Positions 30,274 through 40,229 of a DNA stretch of 64,000 nucleotides are shown here, in pieces. This stretch comes from an uncultured virus (IMG/VR IMGVR_UViG_3300020519_000004). Its lineage: Duplodnaviria; Heunggongvirae; Uroviricota; Caudoviricetes. The notes under the pieces are model-generated. The model searched no databases. It had not been told where the DNA came from and saw nothing but the letters and a program-made list of their open reading frames with translations. The first letter of the stretch is position 1; each line of letters starts with the position of its first letter. Location: the IMG/VR virus record IMGVR_UViG_3300020519_000004. The stretch is one strand, 5' to 3'. A program made the translations under genes and the position numbers.

Positions 30274-31905
30274 TTATTTCGTAGTCCACTGAAGTGATTT
30301 ATTAGTTGTTTTAGAAGCAGTAAGTGGACTTCCGCTTACTACTAGTTTAGCATCATTAAACTGATCTGTCGAAGCCCAATCCCATTGTTCGATTGCAGTA
30401 GCATACAAATCTTGAATCATTTGACGATTCTTATTCCACAATATATTACGAATAGTAGGTGCAGTTTTAACAATGTCTTGAGTTGTTATAGTTCGCATTT
30501 CACCAAGAGCAATATTAAACTTAGTCTCTTTAATTAAAGATTTAATTTCAGCACCAGTAAAATACTGAGTTGCTTCAGATAATTGTTCATAGTCAAATGC
30601 ATGATCAGTGTTTATACTATCAAGATAAATTTTAATAATATCGATTCTTTCCATGAAAGATGGAAGACCAACAAACATTATTTTATCAAATCGATCTGCA
30701 CGAAGCATTTCTGGACGAAGGTTTTCTAGCTGATTAGCAGCACACATTAAGAAAACATTTTTTGGAAGTTCTTGTAAGCCAGTTAAGAATTCTCCGTGAA
30801 CACGATCAGTAGTGCCACCATCTACATGGGAAGAACTTGCACCACCAGATAGGTCTCGACCAAACTCGTCAATCCAAACACACAATGGAGCCATTACGCC
30901 AATTTGTTTAAATACATTACGCATATTAGATTCTGATTGGCCAACAAAAGAATTCATAACTTGGCTAACACCGGTGCGCGCTAAGTCTAACCCAAGAGCA
31001 CTTGCAGTAGCTTCACAAATAGCAGACTTACCAGTACCTGGAACACCCACCATAAGCATTCGAGCAATTGGTGAAACACCAAATTCTTTAGCCTTTTCTG
31101 GGTTATGCCAAAGGACAGCATTACGATTGATTATTTGCTTGATGTTATCAAGACCACCAATTTGATCAAATGTTATAGTCGGCTTTTTAATTTCCAAAAT
31201 ACCATTACGTTTAATATCAGCCATTTTCATATTATAAATAACTTCTGGATCAACCGTTCCAGTGTCAACAACGGAAGTTAAGCAAAGATTAATGAAAGAA
31301 GACTCAGTTAAACCTAAACCGGCTTTAGCAATTTGTTGTTTTTTGGATGAATCAAAGACCAAAGAATCTGTAGAAGTTTCAATATGTGCAAGCACTGTAG
31401 AAAGTTCATCTAAATTCGGAAGTTCAAATTCCATATTTGCAAACAAGTGCAAATAGTCTTCCGGGCATTCGAATGGAGATATAAATATAAACTGAATTGG
31501 CATTAAATCATTATCATCAGACCAAAAAGATTGACGATAAGAATACTGTAATGAAGAAATTAGTCCAGCGTACATCGAAAGAAGTTCATCTGGTTTTACA
31601 AAAACTGGATAAAGAAATGTAGACTTTTTAGAAACAAATCCAGTTTTATCTGTAACCATATATTGATAAGCTACAGTAAAATCATAAGTAACTGTTTCAA
31701 TAGTTTCATCTGGGTTATTGCGATTAGGTATTTCAACTATAATGGATTTCCATTGGCCATCAATAAATTTACTAAAACCCTTATTGCTGTCAATAGTAAA
31801 ATAATCTCGATTATCAAAATCAGAAATCGTTTCAATAGAACGATACACATCCGAACTTTTAAGCCAGATAGAAGGTATACCCAGTTTTATTTGAGAAAAA
31901 AGCAT
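30274..31905 (-). CDS. AAA+ ATPase (Ycf46/CDC48-like, degenerate N-terminal module plus one intact AAA)
   Basis: IGGLD, GVPGTGKS, WIDE, AANQ..PEMLRADRFD, FTGAEI. Confidence 0.9.
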   Translation of the reverse strand: MLFSQIKLGIPSIWLKSSDVYRSIETISDFDNRDYFTIDSNKGFSKFIDGQWKSIIVEIPNRNNPDETIETVTYDFTVAYQYMVTDKTGFVSKKSTFLYPVFVKPDELLSMYAGLISSLQYSYRQSFWSDDNDLMPIQFIFISPFECPEDYLHLFANMEFELPNLDELSTVLAHIETSTDSLVFDSSKKQQIAKAGLGLTESSFINLCLTSVVDTGTVDPEVIYNMKMADIKRNGILEIKKPTITFDQIGGLDNIKQIINRNAVLWHNPEKAKEFGVSPIARMLMVGVPGTGKSAICEATASALGLDLARTGVSQVMNSFVGQSESNMRNVFKQIGVMAPLCVWIDEFGRDLSGGASSSHVDGGTTDRVHGEFLTGLQELPKNVFLMCAANQLENLRPEMLRADRFDKIMFVGLPSFMERIDIIKIYLDSINTDHAFDYEQLSEATQYFTGAEIKSLIKETKFNIALGEMRTITTQDIVKTAPTIRNILWNKNRQMIQDLYATAIEQWDWASTDQFNDAKLVVSGSPLTASKTTNKSLQWTTK

Positions 31906-31934
31906 TAATTTACCCCTATGTAAAAATAGAATAG

Positions 31935-31980
31935 AATAAATGTGGGGGAGAATACCCGATCAAAGTACTCTCCCCCACAA
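31935..31980 (-). terminator. Intrinsic terminator/attenuator hairpin after Ubl gene
   Basis: TGTGGGGGAGAGTAC / GTATTCTCCCCCACA then T-rich tail. Confidence 0.75.
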
Positions 31981-31996
31981 ACTTTAAGACTGTATA

Positions 31997-32254
31997 TCAG
32001 CCCTTTTCGCCTGCACGGCGGTGAAACTCTACGTTGTCTCCTGGTTGGATAACATAGTTTTCATCAAGCTTATCTTTACCTTTGTAAGCTACTGCATCTG
32101 TTGGGATTCCCCAAAGCTTACCGAATTGCTCACGTGCATCTTTAATCGACTTACCCGCAATTGGGGTAGGTTGATTGTAAACGCCGAATCTAACGTTTGC
32201 TACACCAGAAGCGGACTTCTGGGCTGCTGAACCACTTTCATTTATATTGCTCAT
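31997..32254 (-). CDS. Prokaryotic ubiquitin-like protein
   Basis: 85 aa beta-grasp pattern (..IQPGDNVEF) ending AGEKG, like PRTRC protein C; adjacent to ThiF. Confidence 0.8.
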   Translation of the reverse strand: MSNINESGSAAQKSASGVANVRFGVYNQPTPIAGKSIKDAREQFGKLWGIPTDAVAYKGKDKLDENYVIQPGDNVEFHRRAGEKG

Positions 32255-32287
32255 GATATGTTTATCCTTATGTTTAGTTTGTTTTTA

Positions 32288-33043
32288 TTACACTGAGACT
32301 TTGGTTTGAACTACACGCCTATCGTAAGGCTGAGCCATTCCTAATCCCAAATCAAAATAGATCTCAGTTACTTCTGGATCTTTTCCTTCAACAATAATAT
32401 GATTGATGCGTCCTAAGATAATAGAAGCAACAGCCATATTGGTAGCAAGAAGTTGAGTGCCACCATCTATCTCAGCCCGCTCTTGACAAGATAGTTCACC
32501 TGGATTTTTATCTGGTGGATTTTCATATTCAGGATGGTATACTACTGGATGGTCTGTAACATCAACGCCATCACGACGTTGATAATGATAAATAGATCCA
32601 AATAAAGCATCATCATTACCACCAGTAAAGACATCGATGTTAGCTATATTGGACGCAGCATCAAACAATATTTTACGAGCAGCAAAGTTATCTACTACAG
32701 CAAGAACAACATCTCCGTCAGTTAAAAGATCAGAAGCTTTCATCTTAGGAGAATCATCATCTGTTACTCCTTGAAAATCATCTCCAACAATCCATTTAGC
32801 AACTGGAATAAAAGTAGTCTTATTAAATTGCTGAGTAAGCTCTAAAGCTTTAACAGAAGCCTTGTTGCCCATCTTCGTAAAATGCTGACGCTCTTTATTT
32901 TTTTCTTCATAGTTGTCACCATCAACAATAATCAATGCTGAGTTAGGATACTTCCATTCCAGAAGACGAGCAACGCCTTCAGCAAGCCAAGTACCAATAC
33001 CGCCAGCACCAACAATTACGAATCTTTTTTCTTTAGACTCCAT
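32288..33043 (-). CDS. E1/ThiF-family adenylyltransferase
   Basis: VGAGGIG, DGD..EEKNKERQ, VDNFAARK, SC candidate catalytic Cys; start refined to MESKEK. Confidence 0.9.
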   Translation of the reverse strand: MESKEKRFVIVGAGGIGTWLAEGVARLLEWKYPNSALIIVDGDNYEEKNKERQHFTKMGNKASVKALELTQQFNKTTFIPVAKWIVGDDFQGVTDDDSPKMKASDLLTDGDVVLAVVDNFAARKILFDAASNIANIDVFTGGNDDALFGSIYHYQRRDGVDVTDHPVVYHPEYENPPDKNPGELSCQERAEIDGGTQLLATNMAVASIILGRINHIIVEGKDPEVTEIYFDLGLGMAQPYDRRVVQTKVSV

Positions 33044-34709
33044 AGTTACCCCAACCTTCCATTGAGTAGTCACTTGAATTTTTGTATGCTTGCCAACTTG
33101 TGCAACCATATAGTGGTTCTTTTGGAAGCTCAGCTTCAACAGCAAATTTTATAATAGCTTCCCGGTATTCTGGACAAGACGGAAGATAATAATGCTCACA
33201 AGATTCACATACAGAATGAGAATCATACATTTTAATATTTTGAGCAGAAATTGCTTCATCAAAATCTTGAATATCGTCAGGCAATACAGTTACCGGACAA
33301 TTACAAAGTGCACCATTTTCAGTTAAAGGAGCTTCGCAACAAAGAGTTATGTTTGACCATTTGTCTATCAAGTCTTCGTTAAATACAGATTCATTTTCTA
33401 AAATATCATCAGATCCGAAAAAAGATGGAGATCTATCGTCTAAGGGTGTGCTAACTCTTGAATCAGATGGTTTTATTAACATGATGAAATCTTCACCCTG
33501 TTTTCCATCTGTAGCCCAAAGATAATATGGTACAAAAGTAGAAAAATTGCGTTCCATATTATAAATATCAATTGAATTAATGATATCTTCAATATCATTA
33601 TTCATAGGAACAATTGCAATATCACAAGCTGGACAACCACTTCCTTGATAAATTTCAGTCTTAAACAAAGCAATTAAACAAGAAGGACAAATCATAGAAG
33701 AATTACCAGATATATCAATCTCAGCAGCAATGGCTCCAGGATAAGTATTTTTATCAAATGGAATTACTTGACTTCTTTTTTCTAATTTCCTACTGCCACC
33801 AGGTGTGTACGCCGGAGGAGTTGTAGCCGGTTGATTGAGTGGTATTATACCCGTACCCGCTGTAGTAACCCCCGCCAGCTGCGGCTGCGGGGGGAGTGCT
33901 TTTTTTACTTTATCGCTCCAAGCTACAACCTCAGGATCTGGTTCCTTTTGAAGAATAAAATCCTCAAACACATCCTTAGCAGTAAGAGTGTAAGATGTTC
34001 CACCCATTTGTAATTCTAAGTGATATTGAGTTGCGCCGTTTGCAACAGACTTCTGCCAACCATAAGTAATATGCAAACCATCAAAGTCTGCTTGATCATC
34101 ATGATCTGTACCAGAAGCATAAGCTGGCATTTCAGGATGACTGTGGACTGAACCAACAATCATCACATGATCTTCTTTAAGATCTACAATGGAATCAGGA
34201 TCATACTTGCAATGCGTAGAAGTATTAGTTTGTTCTGGAACTAATATACCCCAACCTTCAGGTCCTTCTTTTGTAGTATCGTAAGTAAGAAGGACGATTG
34301 ATTCAGAACCATGCTTAGCGTGAATTAATCTAAAGAACTCATCAAGCTTATCAATAATGACATGGGGAATTGCTGGCATTGTATAGTGTGCTTCTTCTTT
34401 AAACGAAGCAAGTTCTGGTCCAAAGTCTTCTTCAACTTCAGATACTGCTCGACCAACAAAATTATTTACAACTTTAAACATCTTAGATTTGTATGTTGTA
34501 TTTTGTGTAGTCGCAGAAGGAGTTCCGGGTTTATAAGTTGTAGTGCTATTTGTAGTAGTTCCTTTATGGCCAATCAAATAATAAATTTGAAAACCTAAAG
34601 ATTCTATTTGTTCACAAATATTAACATTGTTTGCAAGAAAGCACGGAGCTCCATTAGGAAGCCAAAAATAATTTAAATCATTTAATGTAATCTGTGTATC
34701 GTTAGACAT
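33033..34709 (-). CDS. JAB/MPN+ metallopeptidase with Cys-rich C-terminal extension
   Basis: E...HSHPEMPAYASGTDHDD JAMM motif. Confidence 0.85.
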   Translation of the reverse strand: MSNDTQITLNDLNYFWLPNGAPCFLANNVNICEQIESLGFQIYYLIGHKGTTTNSTTTYKPGTPSATTQNTTYKSKMFKVVNNFVGRAVSEVEEDFGPELASFKEEAHYTMPAIPHVIIDKLDEFFRLIHAKHGSESIVLLTYDTTKEGPEGWGILVPEQTNTSTHCKYDPDSIVDLKEDHVMIVGSVHSHPEMPAYASGTDHDDQADFDGLHITYGWQKSVANGATQYHLELQMGGTSYTLTAKDVFEDFILQKEPDPEVVAWSDKVKKALPPQPQLAGVTTAGTGIIPLNQPATTPPAYTPGGSRKLEKRSQVIPFDKNTYPGAIAAEIDISGNSSMICPSCLIALFKTEIYQGSGCPACDIAIVPMNNDIEDIINSIDIYNMERNFSTFVPYYLWATDGKQGEDFIMLIKPSDSRVSTPLDDRSPSFFGSDDILENESVFNEDLIDKWSNITLCCEAPLTENGALCNCPVTVLPDDIQDFDEAISAQNIKMYDSHSVCESCEHYYLPSCPEYREAIIKFAVEAELPKEPLYGCTSWQAYKNSSDYSMEGWGNYGV

Positions 34710-34748
34710 AAGTACTCCTATAAGTAGATTCTTTTATTTTATATATAA

Positions 34749-36656
34749 TTAAAACGGTTCAGAAATATTATCTAAATTGGTGGAACCAAAAGTAGAAAAA
34801 GCAATTCCTTCAATTACAGCTTTATCATAGCGTTCTTTGGTAAGCATAGTGTGACTAAAAGGATTATCTGTAATCTTTAATGTTTCAGCCATGTTTTCAT
34901 CATTAATATTTTTTAAATCTTCATTCATACAGTTGTAACATAAATGAGTTAAGCAAGTGTTAATTACTTCATTTGTATTTGGATTATTTACCTGTAGGTA
35001 AAATTGTTTAGGAAGTTCAGTAATTGGATTGCTCCAAATAGAAGCATAATGTCCTGTTGGACAAAGATTATGTTTTGTTGAACATTGAGGACAAAAAGTT
35101 ACATTATCTACCAAAATAGTTTTATTATGATCATCATCGGAATTTAATGATATAACTTTCGGTGATGGAAAAATATGAGACCATTTCTCTCCAACAAATA
35201 CTGTAGAGCTACATCCATAACAATTAGATATCTTAGATCCATCTGGAATAACATTAGTTTCTGGATCATAATTTGAAGCAGCGTACGAAGGAAGACACGT
35301 CTTACATAATTCAAGTCCTTCAGAACTCATATAAATACCAGGAATTGGCACGTCTATATTGTTTTCAGTTTTAGCCCAATATTCGGTTTGGCAATTTTTA
35401 CATTCTTTAACAATAGCATGTTCTATGTTAATGTGTATGCCATCATTGTCCATCCATTTAACTTTAGGATTATCAAGTGGAATATACTCATCAGTATTTT
35501 CACAATGGGCTACATTTTCTTCAAAGCAACTTTGACAATAAGTAGTTCCATTGAAATCAGAATAACTATCATTTTCATGCATACTGCAAGTATTTCCGGT
35601 GATAGGGCATGATACAGTAATGTAATCTTCTTGCTCTTCTTCATCGTCTACATCAAATCCACCAAACTTTTGAATTTGTGTATTTAAATTAATCCTATGT
35701 TCTTTTGCAACATCCATAGGATTGTAGGCGACATCTAAAAGAGAAGAAGCATTATGACTTCTAGCAATCCAATTAACAACTTTTTCAGAGTCTAATTTTA
35801 AATCCGAACGAGAAAGAAGATTAATTGGTTTTGGCCTGTAGTTATCAGTGTAATAAGCTTGGTAGTCTCCAAGCATAGCCATTTGAATAGTTAATGGAAT
35901 ACCGTTATCATCATGGCTACCTTGATTATCTTGATCTCGAACTAATATAGGAATCCAATTATCTTTATCTAAAACCCAAGCATATCCTTCTTCAGAAGTT
36001 TTATCTTGCCATGTATTCGGATTCCAAGTATAACCAGGCATATTTCTTTCTTGATAAAATCTTGGTCCATCAGTTTCGCTCATGTTAGCGTCATTGTATG
36101 TTTCAACACCGGAGCAGCGTTCTGCAAACTTAACTATTTTTTCATTAAAGGGAAGTTGATTCCAACTATCTCGATGATATAAACACTGCCAGCCTACACC
36201 ATTTCCACGATACCCTTTGCAGTTTGTATTGGGAAGGTTAAGGTGGTACAGCTGTTGATCAGGTGATGTAATTGGATATGGACTATAAAACATTCTAGCA
36301 CCATACAAATTTCCATCAACTAAATCGCCAATCCAAATACGATATGGCTGAGCAACTGTGTATGTTACGGCATCACGGTCGCCTTCGTTTGCACCCCAGT
36401 TTATATGATTAATCTGCGGCTCATGCTGAAAAGTAATTTGAGTATGGTTACCAGCACTACGAATAGCTAATACACCAGTGCCCGACAATGGCATTAAGCC
36501 AGTATCAAACATAGCATAAGAAGAAAAGTTCCTGTAGAAAGAAACAATATCTTTATCTGTTACGTGATCTAAGTTAAATGATTTAACAGTAGACCGCATT
36601 ACAAGTGCGCCATCTTGATTTGTAATTGAATAGTTTATATTATTAGTGGAAGACAT
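34749..36656 (-). CDS. Prokaryotic E2-like protein #1 with multiple Zn-ribbons
   Basis: QLYHLNLPNTN...GWQCL; many CxxC in C-terminal half; first gene of cassette. Confidence 0.6.
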   Translation of the reverse strand: MSSTNNINYSITNQDGALVMRSTVKSFNLDHVTDKDIVSFYRNFSSYAMFDTGLMPLSGTGVLAIRSAGNHTQITFQHEPQINHINWGANEGDRDAVTYTVAQPYRIWIGDLVDGNLYGARMFYSPYPITSPDQQLYHLNLPNTNCKGYRGNGVGWQCLYHRDSWNQLPFNEKIVKFAERCSGVETYNDANMSETDGPRFYQERNMPGYTWNPNTWQDKTSEEGYAWVLDKDNWIPILVRDQDNQGSHDDNGIPLTIQMAMLGDYQAYYTDNYRPKPINLLSRSDLKLDSEKVVNWIARSHNASSLLDVAYNPMDVAKEHRINLNTQIQKFGGFDVDDEEEQEDYITVSCPITGNTCSMHENDSYSDFNGTTYCQSCFEENVAHCENTDEYIPLDNPKVKWMDNDGIHINIEHAIVKECKNCQTEYWAKTENNIDVPIPGIYMSSEGLELCKTCLPSYAASNYDPETNVIPDGSKISNCYGCSSTVFVGEKWSHIFPSPKVISLNSDDDHNKTILVDNVTFCPQCSTKHNLCPTGHYASIWSNPITELPKQFYLQVNNPNTNEVINTCLTHLCYNCMNEDLKNINDENMAETLKITDNPFSHTMLTKERYDKAVIEGIAFSTFGSTNLDNISEPF

Positions 36657-36688
36657 ACATCCTCTTTTAAAATAGAATAAAATAAAAT

Positions 36689-37072
36689 TTAGTTAAATAT
36701 ATCGTTTATGTCTTTTTCTATCTCCTGAGAAAAATCACCAAAGGCAAAAGCAAACCATTGAGGATCTTTCTGAGCAGTTTCGATTATTTTAAGTTTAGAT
36801 TCTAGCTGATCAACAGCTTCAATTAGATCTGCAATTCTGTCAACAGCTTTTGCAAATTTCTTTAACTCAGATCTATCATGACTAGTTTGCAAAACAAATC
36901 TAATAAGAGGCATATCCCCGACTAATACATTTGATGCAATCTTGTCAATTCTTTCATTTAAAGTGCTTAATTGAGTTTGTAAATCTGATTGAATTCCCAA
37001 ACTTGCTTTAGCAGAGAATGGGAATCTATCATAAGATACAGACTCCGGAATACTTTCCGGATGTTCAGACAT
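36689..37072 (-). CDS. Hypothetical protein
   Basis: ORF. Confidence 0.55.
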   Translation of the reverse strand: MSEHPESIPESVSYDRFPFSAKASLGIQSDLQTQLSTLNERIDKIASNVLVGDMPLIRFVLQTSHDRSELKKFAKAVDRIADLIEAVDQLESKLKIIETAQKDPQWFAFAFGDFSQEIEKDINDIFN

Positions 37073-37074
37073 GA

Positions 37075-37296
37075 TTAGCCTTTCAAAGTTTTCCTAAATT
37101 TAATTAGATTTTTAAGTTCCATAAGAGACCATAAAACGGTAACAGAACCAACAGCAACTTTGGTAAGAAGCCTAGCTACTTGACTTTCTGCAATGTTAGT
37201 AGGGTCAAATCCTTGAACATCAAAATACATATTATCTAAAGAAGAGTTTATCTTTTGTTCTAAATTTTTCTTTTTATTTAATACTGTCTCATTCAT
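37075..37296 (-). CDS. Hypothetical protein
   Basis: GGAG SD. Confidence 0.55.
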   Translation of the reverse strand: MNETVLNKKKNLEQKINSSLDNMYFDVQGFDPTNIAESQVARLLTKVAVGSVTVLWSLMELKNLIKFRKTLKG

Positions 37297-37366
37297 TTAT
37301 AAATTTCTCCGTTTTCAAGATGATACTTGATAATAGTGGTTAATGGAGTTTTTTTGTTTTTATTTA

Positions 37367-37822
37367 TTATGAAAATGAAACAGATAAATTATTTTGTTTA
37401 AACTTTCTATAACGTTTACCGTCTAAACCAAAATAATTAAATACAATTTCACCAAATAGAAATAGAAATAAAATTTTAGTTGAGAATATTTTATAAGTAA
37501 AATTAAATAGAATTAAAGCAATTATAAAGAAAGCTGCCATCATTGGTCCAGCTAAAGCAACCATTGATTTATATCTATCTTCTAAGTCACTAACCTGAGT
37601 AATGCCAATTGACATTATTATCAAAGGTATGAATATGGGAAACTTAACATTAGCACCAAAGTTCTTAGCCATTAAATAATGTCCAAGCTCATGCATTAAA
37701 AGAATAAACGAAGCTAACAACACAATTGGATTGTGTATAATCGTATAGTTAATAGCGGACATAGCAGCAAAAGACATGATGCTTATAGATAGTCTATTTA
37801 CCTTCTTCATATTTATAATCAT
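37367..37822 (-). CDS. Site-2 protease (M50)-like membrane metalloprotease
   Basis: HELGH in TM, ALAGP, LDG. Confidence 0.75.
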   Translation of the reverse strand: MIINMKKVNRLSISIMSFAAMSAINYTIIHNPIVLLASFILLMHELGHYLMAKNFGANVKFPIFIPLIIMSIGITQVSDLEDRYKSMVALAGPMMAAFFIIALILFNFTYKIFSTKILFLFLFGEIVFNYFGLDGKRYRKFKQNNLSVSFS

Positions 37823-38570
37823 ATTTACTCATTTCTTCTTTAACATGAGTGGAAATAGACTTTTTCATTTCATCAGTAAGAGAATTGACAAATAATAAGT
37901 TTCTTCTTTGATGACCAGTAAGAGAATCTAATCTAGCAGAACCATCAACAACTGAATCATTTACAGGTAAAGATAATTCACTTGCTAAAGCTTTGTACAT
38001 TCCAATATCTTGAACACTAGTAAAATGAAGAATATCAAAAACTGATTCAAAATATGTTTTAACATATCTAATATCAACAGGAACATTAAACATTTTGCTT
38101 ATTTTATCAAAAGAACCTACTGCAAGGTCAGTAAGAAATGTATTGTTTAAAAATGCACGTACAACATGTTTTTTAACAATTTCAACTTCTAACTCATAAA
38201 ATTTTTGATACAAAGGATATCTACCATTGCTTTGTTCTGTTAAGTAAGAATAAGCAGCATAAGAAGTTTTATCAGCTTTATATTCAAAGAACCATTTTGA
38301 AGCCGATTCATAAAAAGTTGAAGATAATTCAAATCGAATATTGCCAACTGATTTAGCTATCTCAGAACCAAATTTTTTAATAAGATCATCTATCTTTGAA
38401 GAATCAATGTCTTTACCGCTAAATAGATCATCAAATACATTATCTAAAGAATGTAAATATTCTTTCCGGCCATTTAAACTGTTCGAAGTGCTTTCGTTTG
38501 AATCAGAAAGGGTCTTATTGTCATCAAAAATATCGTCATCATTATTGTTATTAATAACTGGATCAAACAC
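37794..38570 (-). CDS. Hypothetical protein
   Basis: GGAGG SD, GTG start. Confidence 0.6.
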   Translation of the reverse strand: MFDPVINNNNDDDIFDDNKTLSDSNESTSNSLNGRKEYLHSLDNVFDDLFSGKDIDSSKIDDLIKKFGSEIAKSVGNIRFELSSTFYESASKWFFEYKADKTSYAAYSYLTEQSNGRYPLYQKFYELEVEIVKKHVVRAFLNNTFLTDLAVGSFDKISKMFNVPVDIRYVKTYFESVFDILHFTSVQDIGMYKALASELSLPVNDSVVDGSARLDSLTGHQRRNLLFVNSLTDEMKKSISTHVKEEMSKYDYKYEEGK

Positions 38571-38617
38571 AAAACACCTCCAAAAGTATAATAGTGTTTT
38601 TTTATATTTAATATAAG

Positions 38618-38953
38618 TTAAAACAAAGAAACCAATTTAGAACAGGTTTTTAAATTAAGAGTAGATATATCATTATCTAATATTTTTTTAAATATGTAAT
38701 TACGTTCTTCTTCAGTCGTGTTTCCCCAAACACCATGATACTGATAGGTTAATGCACTTTTTAAACAATCAGCATTTACAGAACATTTCTTACATATTAA
38801 TTTGGCTACTGCTATGTCATCTGATTTTGGAGAACCAAAAAAAGTAGATGTAGCTATGCCGGTGCAAGCAGCTTTTTGACGCCATGCATTATCTTCAGAA
38901 TTAAAGATATCAAAATCTTCAATCGACCTGACTCCTATTGGTTTCTTCGCCAT
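38618..38953 (-). CDS. whiB: WhiB-family transcription factor
   Basis: WRQKAAC...FF...AKLICKKCSVNADCL...GVWG.TTEEER. Confidence 0.9.
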   Translation of the reverse strand: MAKKPIGVRSIEDFDIFNSEDNAWRQKAACTGIATSTFFGSPKSDDIAVAKLICKKCSVNADCLKSALTYQYHGVWGNTTEEERNYIFKKILDNDISTLNLKTCSKLVSLF

Positions 38954-39239
38954 TATTAAGTACTCCAGAATTTAATTTATCTACAGCTGATACTAAACCA
39001 TCAGCTAGGTTAGATAAAGAGTATACTGCATCCTGTAGTACTTTTCTTGCTTTATCAAATTCTTTTTTTTGTATGCAATCGATAAAGATCGAAATAGAAT
39101 CTGAAACAGCAAATCCTGATAATGTAATGCGTGAGAATATAGCTTGCAGTTGAGAGCTAGTTTCAATCAAATCATTATGAATTTTAATTTCTTCAAGAAA
39201 TATTTTATCTGCATTTAAAATGTAATCATCTGAAGACAT
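38919..39239 (-). CDS. Hypothetical protein
   Basis: GGAG SD. Confidence 0.55.
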   Translation of the reverse strand: MSSDDYILNADKIFLEEIKIHNDLIETSSQLQAIFSRITLSGFAVSDSISIFIDCIQKKEFDKARKVLQDAVYSLSNLADGLVSAVDKLNSGVLNNGEETNRSQVD

Positions 39240-39254
39240 TAGAACTCCATTTAG

Positions 39255-39330
39255 TAGGGCGGGTGGGGTTTGAACCCACGTGGACCAACTAACCTTTCAA
39301 CACCTTATAAGAGTGAGGGTATACCGCCCC
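39255..39330 (-). ncRNA. Non-canonical tRNA-like RNA lacking D-arm, anticodon-like loop CTTATAA (UAU)
   Basis: 7-bp acceptor GGGGCGG/CCGCCCT, T-arm GTGGG-TTCAAAC-CCCAC, no D stem. Confidence 0.7.
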
Positions 39331-39335
39331 GTGTC

Positions 39336-39530
39336 TTACTTGGTACGTATTCGATTAGCTTCTTTTTCCTTAGCTTTACGCTTTTGCTCATCTTGTTTGC
39401 GATAAGCTTTTATCTGAGCAAGGGTAAATGATTCCTGGCCGTAGTCTTTAAATACAGCTGGTTTACTCATTTTATTTCCTTGTCTAATAGGTGATAGCAG
39501 TGATAGAGAATACAGGATTGTATTACACAT
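39336..39530 (-). CDS. Small basic hypothetical protein
   Basis: ORF; likely start MSKPAV. Confidence 0.45.
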   Translation of the reverse strand: MCNTILYSLSLLSPIRQGNKMSKPAVFKDYGQESFTLAQIKAYRKQDEQKRKAKEKEANRIRTK

Positions 39531-39574
39531 TATATTCTATCATTACCAACATTTAAATGCGCTACTATCATGAT

Positions 39575-39668
39575 TAAAAGATAACAGTGATGCCGAGAGA
39601 ATATGGGTCCCACGTGCTTATTACATCATTAGGTTCGCCCACAATTAAGTGAGACACGCTGCTATCTT
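39575..39668 (-). ncRNA. Structured tRNA-Thr 3' trailer RNA (element A)
   Basis: 10-bp closing stem with minus-strand G.U, inner hairpins, U tail. Confidence 0.5.
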
Positions 39669-39670
39669 AG

Positions 39671-39742
39671 AGCCCCCTCTCGGGATTGAACCGAGGACCA
39701 CCTCATTACAAGTGAGGTGCTCTACCACTGAGCTAAAGGGGC
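39671..39742 (-). tRNA. tRNA-Thr(TGT)
   Basis: Canonical cloverleaf, loop CTTGTAA; ends T-CTA. Confidence 0.95.
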
Positions 39743-39749
39743 GACGGTA

Positions 39750-40229
39750 TTAGCATATACTAAAACCACCGCAGTTATCTAAAAACTCTTGAAACTCGAC
39801 TACGTTTTGAACATCAAAGGGATATTCAGCTTCCCATGCTTTACGTTTACCAAGACCTGAACAAGCATTACATGTTCCCTTAACATATTGATCATTACGA
39901 ATTCCGGTAGCATCGCAATGCTCACAATTTTCAAGCGGTAAAGAATTTAAATAAGCTTCTCTTTTAACGCCGTACTGATGTACTTTTCCAGAATCAAGAT
40001 CTTTTTTAATTAATTTAGCTAGTTTTTTGGAATCAGTTGCATTAAGACCAAACCCACTATTGGAATGACCATCTTCTACTTTTCCAGCAAGATCTGGATA
40101 AGTCTCTAAACAAAAAGTCCAAAGTGGTCGCCACCACCAAATATTATTGCGAAAGTATTCACCTTTTTCGTTTTTAGGCTTAGTGCCAAATACATCCATC
40201 CCCATAACATGCTCCTTTACTTTTCCCAA
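39750..40229 (-). CDS. Phage protein with DnaJ-type Zn finger
   Basis: YFRNNIWWWRPLW; CEHCDATG, CNACSGLG; CGGFSIC. Confidence 0.7.
   Translation of the reverse strand: MGKVKEHVMGMDVFGTKPKNEKGEYFRNNIWWWRPLWTFCLETYPDLAGKVEDGHSNSGFGLNATDSKKLAKLIKKDLDSGKVHQYGVKREAYLNSLPLENCEHCDATGIRNDQYVKGTCNACSGLGKRKAWEAEYPFDVQNVVEFQEFLDNCGGFSIC

Noticed and set aside
39255..39330. tmRNA interpretation of the D-armless RNA
   Set aside because: Only 76 nt, no G3.U70 alanine determinant, no tag ORF
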